From IMG/VR virus record IMGVR_UViG_3300020462_000001, positions 26,535 through 90,534 of that record: a stretch of DNA of 64,000 bases, one strand, 5' to 3'. Position 1 is the stretch's first letter, and every line of letters begins with the position of its first letter. This DNA is from a virus. The notes under the pieces were generated by a model. That model made no database searches. It was not told the DNA's origin and saw only the letters and a program-made list of their open reading frames with translations. Of this stretch, positions 35,947-44,347 are shown piece by piece. The position numbers and the translations under genes are program-made.

Positions 35947-36453
35947 TCAGTATCTCAACTTAGAATGCACTGCATCTTTAATTGAATTATACTCTGAGTA
36001 GTTTGAACTGTCAAGATCATTAGAATCAAAGACCTCATCAAAGTCGGTCTTCTCAAGAATCTTATTCTTAATCTCTAGTTGCTTCTTCTCCATAGAGATT
36101 CTACGAAGGAAGGCAAAGTAGATGATTTGTGTGAAGTATGCAAAGGGATTCTTTGACTTCTCAGGACTGAAGTTATGAATATATCTTACACAATTCTCAA
36201 TACCATCACAGATCATATCATCCTTGAACATGTAGTTCACAAAGTTAGGCTTATATGATAAGTGATTAGCAATCTTAAGGAAACATTCTCCAATGTAACG
36301 AGGAATCTGTGGTTTAGGCTTATCGTTGAGTTTAGCTCTTTCTACTTCTGCAAAGTAGTTTTCAAGAGCATTAAGAAACTCTTTGTTGTTAACGTAATGC
36401 TCTGGTTTAGCTCTTTTTCTTGCCATTGTTCCATAGGGTTTTGCTACATTCAT
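35947..36453 (-). CDS. gp55: late-transcription sigma factor (T4 gp55)
   Basis: HYVNNKEF, IGECFLKIA, DMICDGIENC, NPFAYFTQI..AFLRRI..EKK. Confidence 0.96.
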   Translation of the reverse strand: MNVAKPYGTMARKRAKPEHYVNNKEFLNALENYFAEVERAKLNDKPKPQIPRYIGECFLKIANHLSYKPNFVNYMFKDDMICDGIENCVRYIHNFSPEKSKNPFAYFTQIIYFAFLRRISMEKKQLEIKNKILEKTDFDEVFDSNDLDSSNYSEYNSIKDAVHSKLRY

Positions 36454-36474
36454 GTTCCATAATCAGTTTCAATT

Positions 36475-36503
36475 ATTATACCTCATTATCAGGGACTTAA
36501 CAA
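36475..36503 (-). promoter_or_regulatory. sigma70-type promoter for gp55
   Basis: TTGTTA-N17-TATAAT. Confidence 0.6.
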
Positions 36504-36552
36504 ACTTAGTCCATATGGGTAGAATAGGTTTGTGACCTTTGAAGGGATGGGC

Positions 36553-36942
36553 TTAGCTAGACTTAAAGAGATTCTCTAAAGACTTCTTGGTATCCTCTAC
36601 AGTACCCAAGTATCCCATTTCCCTGTTGAGTTCAGAATAATTACTCTTAAACATCTTACCAACATAGTCTTCATAGAAACAGATCATCTCCATTGAATCT
36701 GATTCAGAAATAGTTAATACATCATCCATATTAAGAATAAACATATCTTGAGAAGAAGTCTTTAACCAAGGCTCCATCTTATAAGCCTGTCTACCTCTTG
36801 TCTTTATAAACTCAACTACAATCGGATTAGAAAGAATCAATACTGTTCTATCTTCCTCTTCTGATGCAGCCACCTTTGTGAATATCTCTTCTCCTGAATA
36901 CTTTAGTTTAATTGTTGCGTAAAATTCCTCTTCTATACCCAT
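36553..36942 (-). CDS. small beta-rich conserved protein (Sm/SH3-like)
   Basis: YATIKL..GEEIF...PW...DVLTISE...MGYLGTV. Confidence 0.75.
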   Translation of the reverse strand: MGIEEEFYATIKLKYSGEEIFTKVAASEEEDRTVLILSNPIVVEFIKTRGRQAYKMEPWLKTSSQDMFILNMDDVLTISESDSMEMICFYEDYVGKMFKSNYSELNREMGYLGTVEDTKKSLENLFKSS

Positions 36943-36953
36943 AGGTTAGTCTC

Positions 36954-38423
36954 CTAGTCTTTGATATTGATTGATGTGATGTCATAATTGAATTGTTCTT
37001 GATTGTATATCTTCACTCGTTCAATGAAGTGATTCAATGTATAGTTCTTACGACTATTGAGAGTGGTATCATCTGCAATGTCATAAAGCTTTGCTTTCAC
37101 TTTGTTCTTGCCTTTTCTAAGGACTCTACCAATAGACTGAAGATTACGAATCCTAGACTTAGATGGAGAGGCAAAGATTACATTATGTAGATTTTTAATA
37201 TTGATTCCAGTACTGAATGTTCCGTAAGAAGCCACGATTATAGCGTTATTCTGTTCCTCAGTAATACGCCTGACCTCTTCTCTATCCTCAGTATCTACAC
37301 CACCATGAATAAAGAAGACCTTTCTGCCTTCCTTTACTTTGTTATTTATCTGGTCATAAAGTATAGCTCCATGAGATTCTACTCTTGCAAATAACACAAG
37401 AGTATTACCTTCCAGGTCTACAGCTAGATTGGATATGAAGTTTGTTCTTTTAGGATGACTAATCAAGAACTGAATCTCATCTTCAAATGTATCAAACTTC
37501 TGTGGTGCATACTTCAATACAATACATTGAATATCCAATGTTGCAAGATGTCCTTCATCAATAAGTTTCTTTGTTTGTGTTACCTTGTATGATGGTCCAA
37601 ACAATCCCTCTAACACCCACTTATGGGTCTGTGTGCCATCTAAAGTACCTGTGAACCCATATCTATACTTTGCATGATGCAACTTGTCCATGATGGTTAC
37701 AAGTGACTTACTCTTAAAGAGATGAGCTTCATCACCTATCACAACATCATAATCTTCAAAGAAGTTTCTATCTAACTGATAGACAGATTGCCAAGTGGTG
37801 ATAGTAACCTCATTTGTATTGACTCTTTCTCTTCCTGCATATATCCTATGACAATGATTTCCAGCATCCCAACCATAGGATTCAAAATCTTTATACATCT
37901 GTTCTACAAGTGATGTGGTGGGAACCACAAGTAAAACCTTTCTCTTTAGACCAACATGAAATCTCACAACAGAGTAAATCATAAATGACTTACCAGATGC
38001 AGTTGGTGAGATGAGAAGTTTTCTATTATATCTTAGTGCATCATATACTGCATCAATCTGATAGTCTCTTGCCTTAATATCAGTTCCAACAATAGATGAC
38101 ATGTAATCTTTGACACCTTCTTTTGAAATCATCTCATTGACTTCAAAAGGTAATCCATAAAACTTATTATTTTTAAACTCGTAACTATATCCTATAGATT
38201 CACAGAAAGCTACAATCTTATCAAGCAGGCCAACATAGATCCTCTTTGTTCTCATATCGAACAAATGAATCTCTCCGTTCCAATGCTTCTTTCTGTACTG
38301 AGGCATGAACTTCATATTTGGCACTTCGAACGTGAACCTGTCTCTAAGTTCATGTTCAATGTGTGGTTCTGTTTCAACTTTAAGGTAAACCTCGTTTACC
38401 TTTTCTATCACCAAATCAGCCAT
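36954..38423 (-). CDS. uvsW: UvsW DNA helicase
   Basis: RDYQ, PTASGKS, DEAH, TGT, FSTGINI, QSIGRVLR. Confidence 0.96.
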   Translation of the reverse strand: MADLVIEKVNEVYLKVETEPHIEHELRDRFTFEVPNMKFMPQYRKKHWNGEIHLFDMRTKRIYVGLLDKIVAFCESIGYSYEFKNNKFYGLPFEVNEMISKEGVKDYMSSIVGTDIKARDYQIDAVYDALRYNRKLLISPTASGKSFMIYSVVRFHVGLKRKVLLVVPTTSLVEQMYKDFESYGWDAGNHCHRIYAGRERVNTNEVTITTWQSVYQLDRNFFEDYDVVIGDEAHLFKSKSLVTIMDKLHHAKYRYGFTGTLDGTQTHKWVLEGLFGPSYKVTQTKKLIDEGHLATLDIQCIVLKYAPQKFDTFEDEIQFLISHPKRTNFISNLAVDLEGNTLVLFARVESHGAILYDQINNKVKEGRKVFFIHGGVDTEDREEVRRITEEQNNAIIVASYGTFSTGINIKNLHNVIFASPSKSRIRNLQSIGRVLRKGKNKVKAKLYDIADDTTLNSRKNYTLNHFIERVKIYNQEQFNYDITSINIKD

Positions 38424-38452
38424 TCATGTAGGATTTCACCTACATGTATTTA

Positions 38453-38632
38453 TTACATACTTTTGAACTTGTCTTCTAGAATAATTCTATAGAAGTTGTT
38501 TCTCATTGCATACAACTCTACCTGTTCCTGTGGATCACCACCTGCCCAGTTATCCAAAGCATGACACAAACATTTGTGTATGAGTTTGACACCCTTTATG
38601 GATGTTTCTATTTGATAGAATTCTTCTTTCAT
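38453..38632 (-). CDS. 59-aa hypothetical protein (not in ORF track)
   Basis: MKEEFYQIETSIKGVKLIHKCLCHALDNWAGGDPQEQVELYAMRNNFYRIILEDKFKSM; TAATG overlap with uvsY stop. Confidence 0.7.
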   Translation of the reverse strand: MKEEFYQIETSIKGVKLIHKCLCHALDNWAGGDPQEQVELYAMRNNFYRIILEDKFKSM

Positions 38633-39066
38633 TAGCCTAATCCAGAACTAAACCTCATAAATTCGATAGCATTCTTGATTTGATATGTCCTATTAGTGAC
38701 TTGTTTTAATATCTCTTCAAGATATCTCATCATTGTTTCGTAGTATTCAATCTTCAACGAAAGTCCTGAGAGTTTCTCATCTGCATCCAGATACTTTTGC
38801 ATAGTGTCTTTATCTCTAATCTTTTTAGGAAACGGATTATCGACATAGACTTGTGGATCTGATTTGCCTGAATAGTACTCATAACGTTCGTGGCGAATGT
38901 TCTTCCTCTGTTGCTCCGCCTTCTTTCTCAGAAGGTTTAGATTGTTGTATAAATCAAAATATTTTGCATGAAGAACAGGAATATTTAAAGATTCTGTATG
39001 CAAATTATCAGGATCGATTTTAGAATCTTCACTCCACATCTTCTGGATTGTTTCCAGATCTATCAT
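38632..39066 (-). CDS. uvsY: recombination mediator UvsY
   Basis: DS.ID...L..ES..IP.LH.KY...YYSGK...R.YQIKNAIE. Confidence 0.93.
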   Translation of the reverse strand: MIDLETIQKMWSEDSKIDPDNLHTESLNIPVLHAKYFDLYNNLNLLRKKAEQQRKNIRHERYEYYSGKSDPQVYVDNPFPKKIRDKDTMQKYLDADEKLSGLSLKIEYYETMMRYLEEILKQVTNRTYQIKNAIEFMRFSSGLG

Positions 39067-39067
39067 A

Positions 39068-39643
39068 TTAACAACAGTCGATTTCCCTTATATTATATAC
39101 AGTATATTTGAAAGTGGCAGATGCTGATATAGCTGTTTCATCAGTAGTTTGAGCATCAAACTGAAGAAGTGTTAGATTCACTGGAAACATATTCTCAAAT
39201 ATAACTTTAAACGCTGGTTGTTGTGCTGAGTTATAGATGGTAAGAGTTCCATCTGAATATAAGTTCAGCTCACCTTCTCGTTGATAGTTACTACTAGGAT
39301 AATCATATGACTCAGTTTGTCTCTGCCACTCATATATTTCATCAAGAGATTCGGGAAAACCCAAACCTCTCATCCACTTCTGGATTTCCATATAGTTCTC
39401 AAGATTTTCATCTACAAGAAACTCAAGAGTCAGATCACCAAAATCCATCTTCTCCCCTGCTCTTGGGATATCGTTTAGATAGTTTGGTTGAACTGCTACA
39501 CCAAGATCAATAGTAGGAACATTAACTTTGGTACCAAAGAATGAAACCTTAGGTGCCCTGACAACATTAAAGTGCCAACCAGTTGGCATCAGAAAGTTTC
39601 TGTTTTCAATCTGATTTAATGTTGGCCTGCCCAGTACTGACAT
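39068..39643 (-). CDS. gp3: tail tube terminator / tail completion protein (T4 gp3)
   Basis: NFL.PTG..F, FGDL...FLVDENLENY.EI..W; FP..L..L.FD. Confidence 0.88.
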   Translation of the reverse strand: MSVLGRPTLNQIENRNFLMPTGWHFNVVRAPKVSFFGTKVNVPTIDLGVAVQPNYLNDIPRAGEKMDFGDLTLEFLVDENLENYMEIQKWMRGLGFPESLDEIYEWQRQTESYDYPSSNYQREGELNLYSDGTLTIYNSAQQPAFKVIFENMFPVNLTLLQFDAQTTDETAISASATFKYTVYNIREIDCC

Positions 39644-39657
39644 TGGTTTTTAGTTAT

Positions 39658-39867
39658 TTATTCGGTAACGATGGTTGAATCAGCAAGTTTTGTAGGAACA
39701 TATGTGTAATCATTAATGGTTACTGTTTTGGACTTTGCTTCTAACGCATCAGCTTCAGTAGAAAATACCTTTCTATCGTCATATGTTTCTGTCCAATGAT
39801 ATTCATCAACATAATAAACATCTTCTGGATTTATCACTGAACTGATTGTTTTAATGTGATATGGCAT
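39658..39867 (-). CDS. small late hypothetical protein
   Basis: Late promoter at 39886; MPYHIK...VYY....WT..YDDRK. Confidence 0.7.
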   Translation of the reverse strand: MPYHIKTISSVINPEDVYYVDEYHWTETYDDRKVFSTEADALEAKSKTVTINDYTYVPTKLADSTIVTE

Positions 39868-39892
39868 TTTATTATTCTTTATAGGTATTTAT

Positions 39893-40447
39893 TTAACACC
39901 CACTTATAGTGTTGGCTATTTCTCCACCAACCCTAGAACCCATATCTTGTCCTAACATAACACCCCAACCAGCAGCCAACCATCCAACATAAGGAATGCC
40001 ACTCAAAAATGGTGCGGCAGCTGTTCCAATACTAGCTCCCACCAGGGCACCATTTGATTCTCCTCCACCTTCCGCCTTTACGCACTCTTCTGATCTCACA
40101 GGCTTTCCCTCGCCATCTACTCCTGTCTGAGTCTCAGATTGAGTACCAGGAACATACTGTCTATTTCTTGTGGTTGTTGTTCTGCCACCAATACCAAATG
40201 CACCATTAGATGAATCAGTATATGTTTCGGAATCTAATACTCTAGGATCGTGACTCCTATAATCAATAGTGTAACTACCATCAGGATTGACTGTCACATT
40301 GTAGGATGTATACTCATTTGTAGGTGGATATACAATCTGCACAGGTTGTCTTTCTGGAACATCCTTCATTAAATGTCCAAGTACACCTATATGTGCTACT
40401 GCTACTACGATTCCTACTCCTCCTACAACCCATTTAAAAGCTTTCAT
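39893..40447 (-). CDS. membrane-anchored glycine-zipper hypothetical protein
   Basis: N-terminal hydrophobic helix; GALVGASIG...IPYVGWLAAGW. Confidence 0.75.
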   Translation of the reverse strand: MKAFKWVVGGVGIVVAVAHIGVLGHLMKDVPERQPVQIVYPPTNEYTSYNVTVNPDGSYTIDYRSHDPRVLDSETYTDSSNGAFGIGGRTTTTRNRQYVPGTQSETQTGVDGEGKPVRSEECVKAEGGGESNGALVGASIGTAAAPFLSGIPYVGWLAAGWGVMLGQDMGSRVGGEIANTISGC

Positions 40448-40485
40448 GGTATCGTCACAGTGGTGTTTTATTTAGAAAAATGCAT

Positions 40486-40511
40486 AAAAAAAGACCTCCC
40501 GAAGGAGGTCT
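40486..40511 (-). terminator. UUCG terminator after gp23
   Basis: AGACCTCC-TTCG-GGAGGTCT-T6. Confidence 0.92.
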
Positions 40512-40551
40512 GAAAGGACATGTGGGACAACCTGCCCCACAACAACCAGAA

Positions 40552-41982
40552 TCACATAAGATTCTTGACTGCCACACGACGGTAGTAGCGGTTGCTGTTG
40601 ATAGCCAAACGGCCAAGTCCTTGAGTAGCGCCTTCAGCGAAAGGATTAGCAACAAGACCATAACGAGTCTTGAAGCCAATTTTGGGCTGGAAGCTGTTCT
40701 CACCAACGGCACGAACCATTTGGAGAGGAACATAAGGACAATAGAAGAGACCAGCGTCATAAGGTGAAGAACCCTTATAACCAACCACGTAGTACTGGTT
40801 ACCGTTAGCACCGTTACCGGCGGTCAGGTTAGCAGAATAGGGGTCGATGTAGACACGGAACTTACCATTGATGGTACCAGCGAAGGTGTTACCGGTGTCG
40901 TCAACGTTAAGGTTGCTGTTAAGTGCTGGAGTATAATCCAGGATACCAGCCATGGTCAGAGCGGAAGCAACGTCTGCGGAACACAGAACCATGTTGCCCT
41001 TTCCACGACGAGTTCTTTGTGCGATCGCGTTAGCGTCTCTCTCGATTTGGAAAAGAAGTCCTTTGAACTTCTCAACTGACCAACGACCATTGGAGTCGAT
41101 GTCCAGGTCGAAGATACCAGCAGTAGCGGTGTTCTGAGCTGCACCCTGTTCAGCCGTCATGTAGATGGTACGGATGACTTCTCTGTTGATTTCAGCGAGG
41201 ATCTCAGTAGAGAGGATGTTAGCCAGTTCGGCTTCTGCGTTAAGGCCGTGAATAGCCTTAAGGTCTTGTGCCAGTTCCAAGGAGTACTCAGCTTTGAGTG
41301 CTCTGGACTTAGCGGTAACGGTGACTTTCTCGATCGAGAATGCCATCTGGTTGAAGGCGTCATTGCCGGTGCCATCAAGGCTCTCAGCGTCGCCAGTAAC
41401 CATACCACCACCAGCGTTATACGCGGAAGTGTTGGTGGAAGCGGTACCAACAGGGTTAAGAACGGAAGGATTATCACCTGCCTGAACTCCGGTACCCAAA
41501 CCAACTGCGCCATCGGCGAAACCAGCGGTAAGGTCACCACCTGCATCCTGACCGGAGAATGCGGTATTTGCTTCGTTGAACAGAGCCTCAGTACCAGACT
41601 GATTCTCGTAACGTGAACGCATCGCGAAGATGAGTCCTGTAGGTCCGTTCATTGGTTGAACGCCAGCCAGGTCATATGCGACCAGGTTAGGCATTGCGCG
41701 TCTGATCAAGGAGATCAGAACGGGGTCGAAACCAGCAACAGGGCCGGTTGCGTCAGCGGAACCAGAGAAACCACCTGAAGCACCAGCTGCGTTAGCAGCG
41801 TTGGTGGGGGATTCCATCAGGTTGATACCCTGACTAAATGCTTGCTCCTCACGGAGGAACTTTTCTTGGTTTTCGAGCAGGACAGCGGTTACGCTTCTAC
41901 GATGTGAATCCTTGATTGGATCAAGACCTTCATAGTCGAGGAGAGGACTCCACTTTTCCTGCAGATGCTCGGATTGAAACAC
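40552..41982 (-). CDS. gp23: major capsid protein (T4 gp23)
   Basis: EKWSPLL, LLENQE, LIRRAMPNL, GVQPM.GPTG, AKSRALKAEYS.ELAQDL, YCPYVPL, FKTRYG; GTG start. Confidence 0.98.
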   Translation of the reverse strand: MFQSEHLQEKWSPLLDYEGLDPIKDSHRRSVTAVLLENQEKFLREEQAFSQGINLMESPTNAANAAGASGGFSGSADATGPVAGFDPVLISLIRRAMPNLVAYDLAGVQPMNGPTGLIFAMRSRYENQSGTEALFNEANTAFSGQDAGGDLTAGFADGAVGLGTGVQAGDNPSVLNPVGTASTNTSAYNAGGGMVTGDAESLDGTGNDAFNQMAFSIEKVTVTAKSRALKAEYSLELAQDLKAIHGLNAEAELANILSTEILAEINREVIRTIYMTAEQGAAQNTATAGIFDLDIDSNGRWSVEKFKGLLFQIERDANAIAQRTRRGKGNMVLCSADVASALTMAGILDYTPALNSNLNVDDTGNTFAGTINGKFRVYIDPYSANLTAGNGANGNQYYVVGYKGSSPYDAGLFYCPYVPLQMVRAVGENSFQPKIGFKTRYGLVANPFAEGATQGLGRLAINSNRYYRRVAVKNLM

Positions 41983-42029
41983 TTGCTTTTACCTTTGTGT
42001 TATGTTTACTGTTTGAATTAATGTTAAAT

Positions 42030-43088
42030 TCAGTTCTGTCTGAAAGCACCCATGGCTTTCAAATACTGGCTCATGCCACCTGAAACAGGGGCTTCAGTAC
42101 TATCGACGCCTTCAGATAAAGTCTGAGGGGCTTCCGACTTAGTAGCGGGAGTTCTAGAGAAGTAAGACTCCTTCAGAGTTTCCAGCTTTTCACGATATTC
42201 TTCTTCACTTTCAAACTCAACACTTTCAGCAAGTGAAGCGAGCTTTTCTTTCTGAGTGGAAGCGAGTCCTTCAGAAATTTGATCGAGAATGACATCCTGT
42301 GTAGACTCAGCGAGTCTCTTATTCAGAACAACATTAGCGTCAATTTGCTCATTGAGCTTGGTCTCCATATCATCAAGTTTTTCTACCATACTCTCAAGTA
42401 CATCATATTTGTCTTCAGGGATTGTTACATAATGTTCTTCAAAAAGACCCTTCATACCAGTGAGGAAGGATTCTGTCATTTCGGTCTTGAGACCATGTTC
42501 GATAGCCAACTCATTCTCGGTCAGCCATTCTTGGGAAACATACTCAAGGTATGAATCCACACGCTCGGTCAGTTCACCTTTCAGTTCCTGACGAGCTTCA
42601 GAAAGAGACTCTTCATACTTGACTTCGAGTGCTTCCTGAATTTCTTTTACTTTTGAATTCAGAGCTGCTTCAAAAACAACTTTAGCCTTTGCTCTGAACT
42701 CTTCGGAGAGTTCTTCACCGCCGAGGAGAGCGTTAACATCTTCTTCGATGTCAATCTCTTCTTCGACAACTTCTTCTGTTGAAACTTCTTCTTCTTCCAG
42801 AACTTCCTCTTCGGTCTCGGCCTCTTCTTTGGCCATAGACTTCATAGGCTCAGCAGCCTTAGCTCCTTTATTTACTACATCACGAACCTGTTTAATGGTT
42901 CCACCGGGAGTCTTCAGCTTTGCTGATTCATCGTCGGACTTGTAGTTTTCTGGGGTAGGGCCACCTAAGTCTTCTACATTAGTGGGGATACCACCAGTAG
43001 TAAGCTTCTGCATTGATTCGGCGGGCTTAGCGTTCGCATTCACAGCAGTTTTGGATTGCTCCATTTCTTGTAGATCTCCACGAGACAT
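42030..43088 (-). CDS. gp22: prohead scaffold (T4 gp22)
   Basis: Acidic coiled coil, FEAA, VDSYLEYV..EW..EN, LKESYF. Confidence 0.95.
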   Translation of the reverse strand: MSRGDLQEMEQSKTAVNANAKPAESMQKLTTGGIPTNVEDLGGPTPENYKSDDESAKLKTPGGTIKQVRDVVNKGAKAAEPMKSMAKEEAETEEEVLEEEEVSTEEVVEEEIDIEEDVNALLGGEELSEEFRAKAKVVFEAALNSKVKEIQEALEVKYEESLSEARQELKGELTERVDSYLEYVSQEWLTENELAIEHGLKTEMTESFLTGMKGLFEEHYVTIPEDKYDVLESMVEKLDDMETKLNEQIDANVVLNKRLAESTQDVILDQISEGLASTQKEKLASLAESVEFESEEEYREKLETLKESYFSRTPATKSEAPQTLSEGVDSTEAPVSGGMSQYLKAMGAFRQN

Positions 43089-43159
43089 TTGAACTTTCTC
43101 CGATTAATACCTTATTTAATCTATATTTATTTATAAATTTAATACTTCTGTATTACAAC

Positions 43160-43810
43160 CTACAGGTTGTTCAAGAAGTCGTTGAAAAGATCGATTTTCT
43201 TTTCATCCAACTGTCTCTGTGTAACAAGAGTGTTGATTTGTTTGTATGTCTTTTCGACATATCTTTCACGAAGGATTCCACCATCCCAGATCCAATCTTT
43301 TCCTTCCATGATACCTTCAACGAAAGCATCAGGAGCAGAAGGATCAGAAACAATGTCAGCAGCTGTTGATAACATAAAGTCATCACCAACAACATTTACA
43401 CCTTCTCTTGTCTGTTTGATTGATCCAATTCCTCTAGAGGAAACACCCAGTTTTACACCTTCAGAGATCAGTGATTCTGCAATCTTACCCATTGGGGTAG
43501 AAAGAATCTTTGCTTTACCGATGAAATTGTTTCCGTTCTCTTTGAGTGAAACAATTTTGTGACTAACACGATCCAGATTAACTGTCGGGCCGTCAGGGTG
43601 TCCAAGTTCACCAAGTGCTCTACCTGATTGAACATGGTTCTCACTATATCTTTGGACTTCCCTTCTCAGGGTTTCCATAGGATACATTCTTCCATTTCTG
43701 TTCTTGAGGTTTCCTTGAAGGAAGATACCCTCAATGAACATGCTCTTTTTACCGTTCTTCTCTTCAACGATAAAATCAACTGTTTCGATTTCTTCTCTAA
43801 TTAGTTTCAT
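43160..43810 (-). CDS. gp21: prohead protease (T4 gp21)
   Basis: IEGIFLQ, NRNGRMY, GELGHP, GVSSRG.GS, DPSAPDA. Confidence 0.97.
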   Translation of the reverse strand: MKLIREEIETVDFIVEEKNGKKSMFIEGIFLQGNLKNRNGRMYPMETLRREVQRYSENHVQSGRALGELGHPDGPTVNLDRVSHKIVSLKENGNNFIGKAKILSTPMGKIAESLISEGVKLGVSSRGIGSIKQTREGVNVVGDDFMLSTAADIVSDPSAPDAFVEGIMEGKDWIWDGGILRERYVEKTYKQINTLVTQRQLDEKKIDLFNDFLNNL

Positions 43811-43814
43811 TGTT

Positions 43815-44078
43815 TTACGCGGTAAATCCTACTTTTGAGCCTCTAATTGTTCCACTTGCGTAGACAACTTCATTGGGCTTTTTCTCGATGTACTCAACTT
43901 TTCCATCGGGAACGGTAATCAATTTGCCAGTCGCACCAACTAGAGTTGAAACTCCAACAGTTGCAGAAGCTCCAGAAACATTAACTACTCTAACAACAGT
44001 TGCCTGTTCTAAAGAAGTGGCTGTACCAGCCGAAGTTGGAATGGCAATCTCATCACCTATAATTAATGTTCTAGCCAT
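43815..44078 (-). CDS. small late protein, probably structural
   Basis: ATAAATA upstream; between gp20 and gp21. Confidence 0.7.
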   Translation of the reverse strand: MARTLIIGDEIAIPTSAGTATSLEQATVVRVVNVSGASATVGVSTLVGATGKLITVPDGKVEYIEKKPNEVVYASGTIRGSKVGFTA

Positions 44079-44111
44079 GGGAGGTAATAATACTGATATT
44101 ATTTATTTATA

Positions 44112-44321
44112 TTATTCGGCATCAAGATTCACATCAGAATCAAATTCAGATGTGGAAGGATCTGTATCAAAGTCAATACCATCATCGAAAAGTGATGCGG
44201 CTACTTGGGGTTTGATATTTTGAATCTTTTCTGCACTCTTTGAAAAAAGAATGTCTTTGATGCTGTCACTAATTTGTGAAGGTGACTCATCCTTCACAAG
44301 CAAATCCATAAGTTCGTCCAT
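44112..44321 (-). CDS. acidic prohead core-like protein (gp67-like position)
   Basis: SD.IKD.LF.KSAE.I....P.VA.SLF; directly after portal. Confidence 0.65.
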   Translation of the reverse strand: MDELMDLLVKDESPSQISDSIKDILFSKSAEKIQNIKPQVAASLFDDGIDFDTDPSTSEFDSDVNLDAE

Positions 44322-44347
44322 ATTAAATAAGAATGAATTTTTACTAT

